Below are positions 61,378 to 64,000 of a stretch of 64,000 bases of DNA, one piece after another (positions within the stretch are counted from its first letter, which is position 1; each line of letters starts with the position of its first letter). Origin of the DNA: Emiliania huxleyi CCMP1516 (lineage: Eukaryota). The position numbers were made by a program, and so were the translations under genes. The notes beneath the pieces are model-generated. The model was not told the origin of the DNA, made no database searches, and saw only the letters and a program-made list of their open reading frames with translations. Where the stretch lies: positions 186,001-250,000 of the forward strand of contig NW_005201403.1 of assembly GCF_000372725.1 (NCBI RefSeq), written 5' to 3'.

Positions 61378-62701
61378 ACGGCGCCGCGCCGGTTGCACGA
61401 GTCCGGCGTCAGCCTCGTGAGCGGCGAGGCGGCCACGGCGTCAGCCTCTCGATCGTCAGCAGAGGAGCGGGGCCTCGCGCGCTAGCGGCTTTTCTTTTCC
61501 GTACTAGTGGGGACCTGCGGCGGACCCGCCTCTGTTGAGTGTTGTTCGGGCAGTGAGAGACGCAGGATCTGCACGCCAAAGTGGGGCCACTCCGCATTTT
61601 CATTTTGGTTTTGGGTTGTCGGAGATCATCCATCAGCACTCATGTCTCATCAGTCAGTCACGTCAGTCAAAGCAGTCGTGGCACGTGGAGCAGTCGCTGC
61701 ATGCAACGGCGCCGCCACACGCTCCGGACGACCGACACACCGACACACCACGCACAATGGGAGGCTATCGCGCACGATCGGCCATCGCACCCACCGCAAA
61801 CACCTCGCCGCACAGATGGGGGGAGGCAAAATCCCACACACACCGGAGCAGCGCAGACACCTTACACGTCAGCGCTCGCTCGATGTGGCCGGCGCTCTCC
61901 CCTCTCCTATCGCCTTTTCAACCCGTTGGCTCCGTGCCTAAGGCAGATCGATTAGGGTGTGAGCTGCGGCAGCCACCGTTTCTGTACCTCGATCACGTGC
62001 AGGCCGTCGGAGGCCGCGCTGGATGGCCCAGGGCCGGCGGCGGTGAAGGCGTCCGTCGATGAAGGGATGTCGTCGAGGGAGCCATCGTCCTACACGGCTG
62101 GTGCACCGGTCCAGTTGTCGGAGTTCGAGATCGCCGTCGACTTGGAGAGTTCGGCCCGTTGACGAACTCACGGAATGTGAGCGACTTGGTGCACGCTGAT
62201 AGTCGAGCATCATGGCTCGCACCTCATCCTGAGCGCAAGGAATTCGCCCAGGGGCCAGCTGTTGGCGTCGCCGTTTTGATCGAGCTGCATCCACTGCATG
62301 GTTTCGTAGTCAAGCGTAAACGCCCAGGAGTTGGTGCCTGGTCGTAGGTTGTGCGGATATCGCTGAGCGTGAGAGGGACTGGATCGGCAGCAGCGCGGGC
62401 GGCAGCGGCCGGAGAGGCCGGAGAGCCGTCCGACGGAGGCCGGTCGTGCATCGGCGCGTCGGCCGTAGGGGCCGGGGGGGCGGCGGCATCCATTTACAAA
62501 TATCGCTGCGGGTCGCTGCGGGCCGACGATTGTGGACTGATCGATCGTCGGCGGGCGGTGTTCTCGAGTGTTCAGCTGGGACGTTCTACGTTAAAAGAGC
62601 GTCGGCGCCGACACGAGAGACTTATAAGGGTAGATTCCGAATTTTTTTTCCGACGTCACCGAAACTCGGCGCCTGCGGCGGAGTGGCTTACTGCGGCTAG
62701 C

Positions 62702-63730
62702 ATGCCGACCGCCATTGTGGCGCCAGCAGATGAACACGCCGACGAGGAGGTCCTCCGAGAGGCGTTGGAGGGCGATGCGCTGCGACCGACGGGCGGCGCT
62801 CCCGCCTCCAACGACGACACCCTCCTGCCGCAGACGACGTGCAAGCTGGTGATGACGCCCGCTCACGACGCCCTCTCGAGGAGTCGCTTCGCGCTGTATC
62901 GGCTGCTCATGACGCCCCCTCAAGGCGTCGTATCTCCGAAGGCCTACTTTGCCGCGAGCAACGAGCTCGTGGTGCTGACGCTAATCGTGTGCTGGATTGT
63001 CACGGTCTGTTACGACCGGTCCCAGGTGTGGGACCACCCGGCGCGGGTCTACGTGGGGCACTTCAACCCGTGCTTTGGGTGGGACTACGCGCCGGCGTCG
63101 TACATCGCCGTCTTTGCGATGTCGTACGACGTGCACCTCGCGTGGACCTACGCGAGCCTCGAGGCGATGCGCACCAAGCTGCGCGACGACGACGGCAAGA
63201 CGAGCAAAGCCGAGCGCTTCTCGCTGGTGACGACGTACCTGCACGGGCTCGCGAGCATGGGGTGGATGCTCCTGTGGCTCGTTGGCCCGCCCGACGGCCA
63301 GTGGGCCGCGCACCTCGCCATCTTCTCCACCGCCGTCGCCTTCCGCTACCTCTGCCAGCTGGGCAACTACGTCGAGTGCCGCTGGGGCAAGGCGTGGGAG
63401 AGCGGCCACGTGAAGCGCTCGCACACGGTCTACATCGTGAGCTACGGCCTGGTGACGCTCTGCCTTCCCATCCTCTACTTTATCGACGTCATCATGTACG
63501 AGGCGCAGGGGCGCACCGGCGTCGACCCGCCCATACCGCTCGCGATCATCCAGACGCTGGACGTGGTGTGGATGGTGCTCGTCGCGCTGAGCACGCGCTT
63601 CTCGGTCCCCGAGCCGCCCGTCGTCGTCAAGTGGAGCGTCCTCGAGTTCGACGACGTCGTCGACGCCGACGACTTCACGCCGGCGCAGATCGCGCAGCTG
63701 AGGAAGCTCGGGTTCGAGGCCATCGAGTGA
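62702..63730 (+). CDS. Hypothetical multi-pass membrane protein (342 aa)
   Basis: Intronless ATG-initiated ORF with about 6 hydrophobic segments and strong C/G third-position bias. Confidence 0.75.
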   Translation: MPTAIVAPADEHADEEVLREALEGDALRPTGGAPASNDDTLLPQTTCKLVMTPAHDALSRSRFALYRLLMTPPQGVVSPKAYFAASNELVVLTLIVCWIVTVCYDRSQVWDHPARVYVGHFNPCFGWDYAPASYIAVFAMSYDVHLAWTYASLEAMRTKLRDDDGKTSKAERFSLVTTYLHGLASMGWMLLWLVGPPDGQWAAHLAIFSTAVAFRYLCQLGNYVECRWGKAWESGHVKRSHTVYIVSYGLVTLCLPILYFIDVIMYEAQGRTGVDPPIPLAIIQTLDVVWMVLVALSTRFSVPEPPVVVKWSVLEFDDVVDADDFTPAQIAQLRKLGFEAIE

Positions 63731-64000
63731 GCTGCGGCTCGCTGCGCCGCCGCATCCTGGAGGACCCAGACCTTGCGCCGTGCGTGCTCCTTAAGACGAG
63801 CTGTGCGGGCACCCGGCGGCCGTGTGCAAGCGCTGGTCTCTGATCTGCGCGCCGCGCGGTGCCTTCGCTCGCCTCGTGGAGACTGCTGGCGACGCCACGT
63901 CGGCGCTGCACGCTGCTGCGCTCGGAGAGCTCAAGCGGCTGTCGGAGGCTCCTGCCACGCACGAGGGTGTCGTGGCTAGCAATCGCGCCACCCTCGACGC

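Overview
GC-rich, intron-containing eukaryotic DNA. The style (GC-AG introns, intronic GCCGAGATC and GGGGAGAT repeats, polyproline-rich secreted proteins) suggests a haptophyte alga such as Emiliania/Gephyrocapsa huxleyi, which is an inference. Recognisable genes are a VKOR-family protein, a DEK-C/zf-CXXC protein, a GH2 beta-galactosidase, two F-box-like proteins, an LRR protein, an Orai-like 4-TM protein, a beta-helix/Cys-rich/multi-TM/TIR receptor, a GH16, a secreted pentapeptide-repeat protein, an FHA/GRF/CCHC protein, an S9B dipeptidyl peptidase, an FkbM-like protein, a SET-domain protein, a WWE protein and an unknown membrane protein. Between them lie MITEs, dispersed repeats, minisatellites and gene fragments. 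The most striking unexplained structure is a lower-GC block at about 1350-2913. It is a minus-strand, head-to-tail array of 5-6 intronless micro-ORFs (40-86 aa), each starting at the ATG that ends a conserved 28-nt repeat (CTAAGTTCTRAYTGYAGTGTCACGC-ATG), which often also supplies the previous ORF's stop. Two cassettes carry perfect IQ motifs and two others are paralogues. No rRNA, tRNA or true CRISPR array was seen. Multi-exon gene coordinates are approximate spans read by eye, and all family calls rest on motif recognition without database searches.
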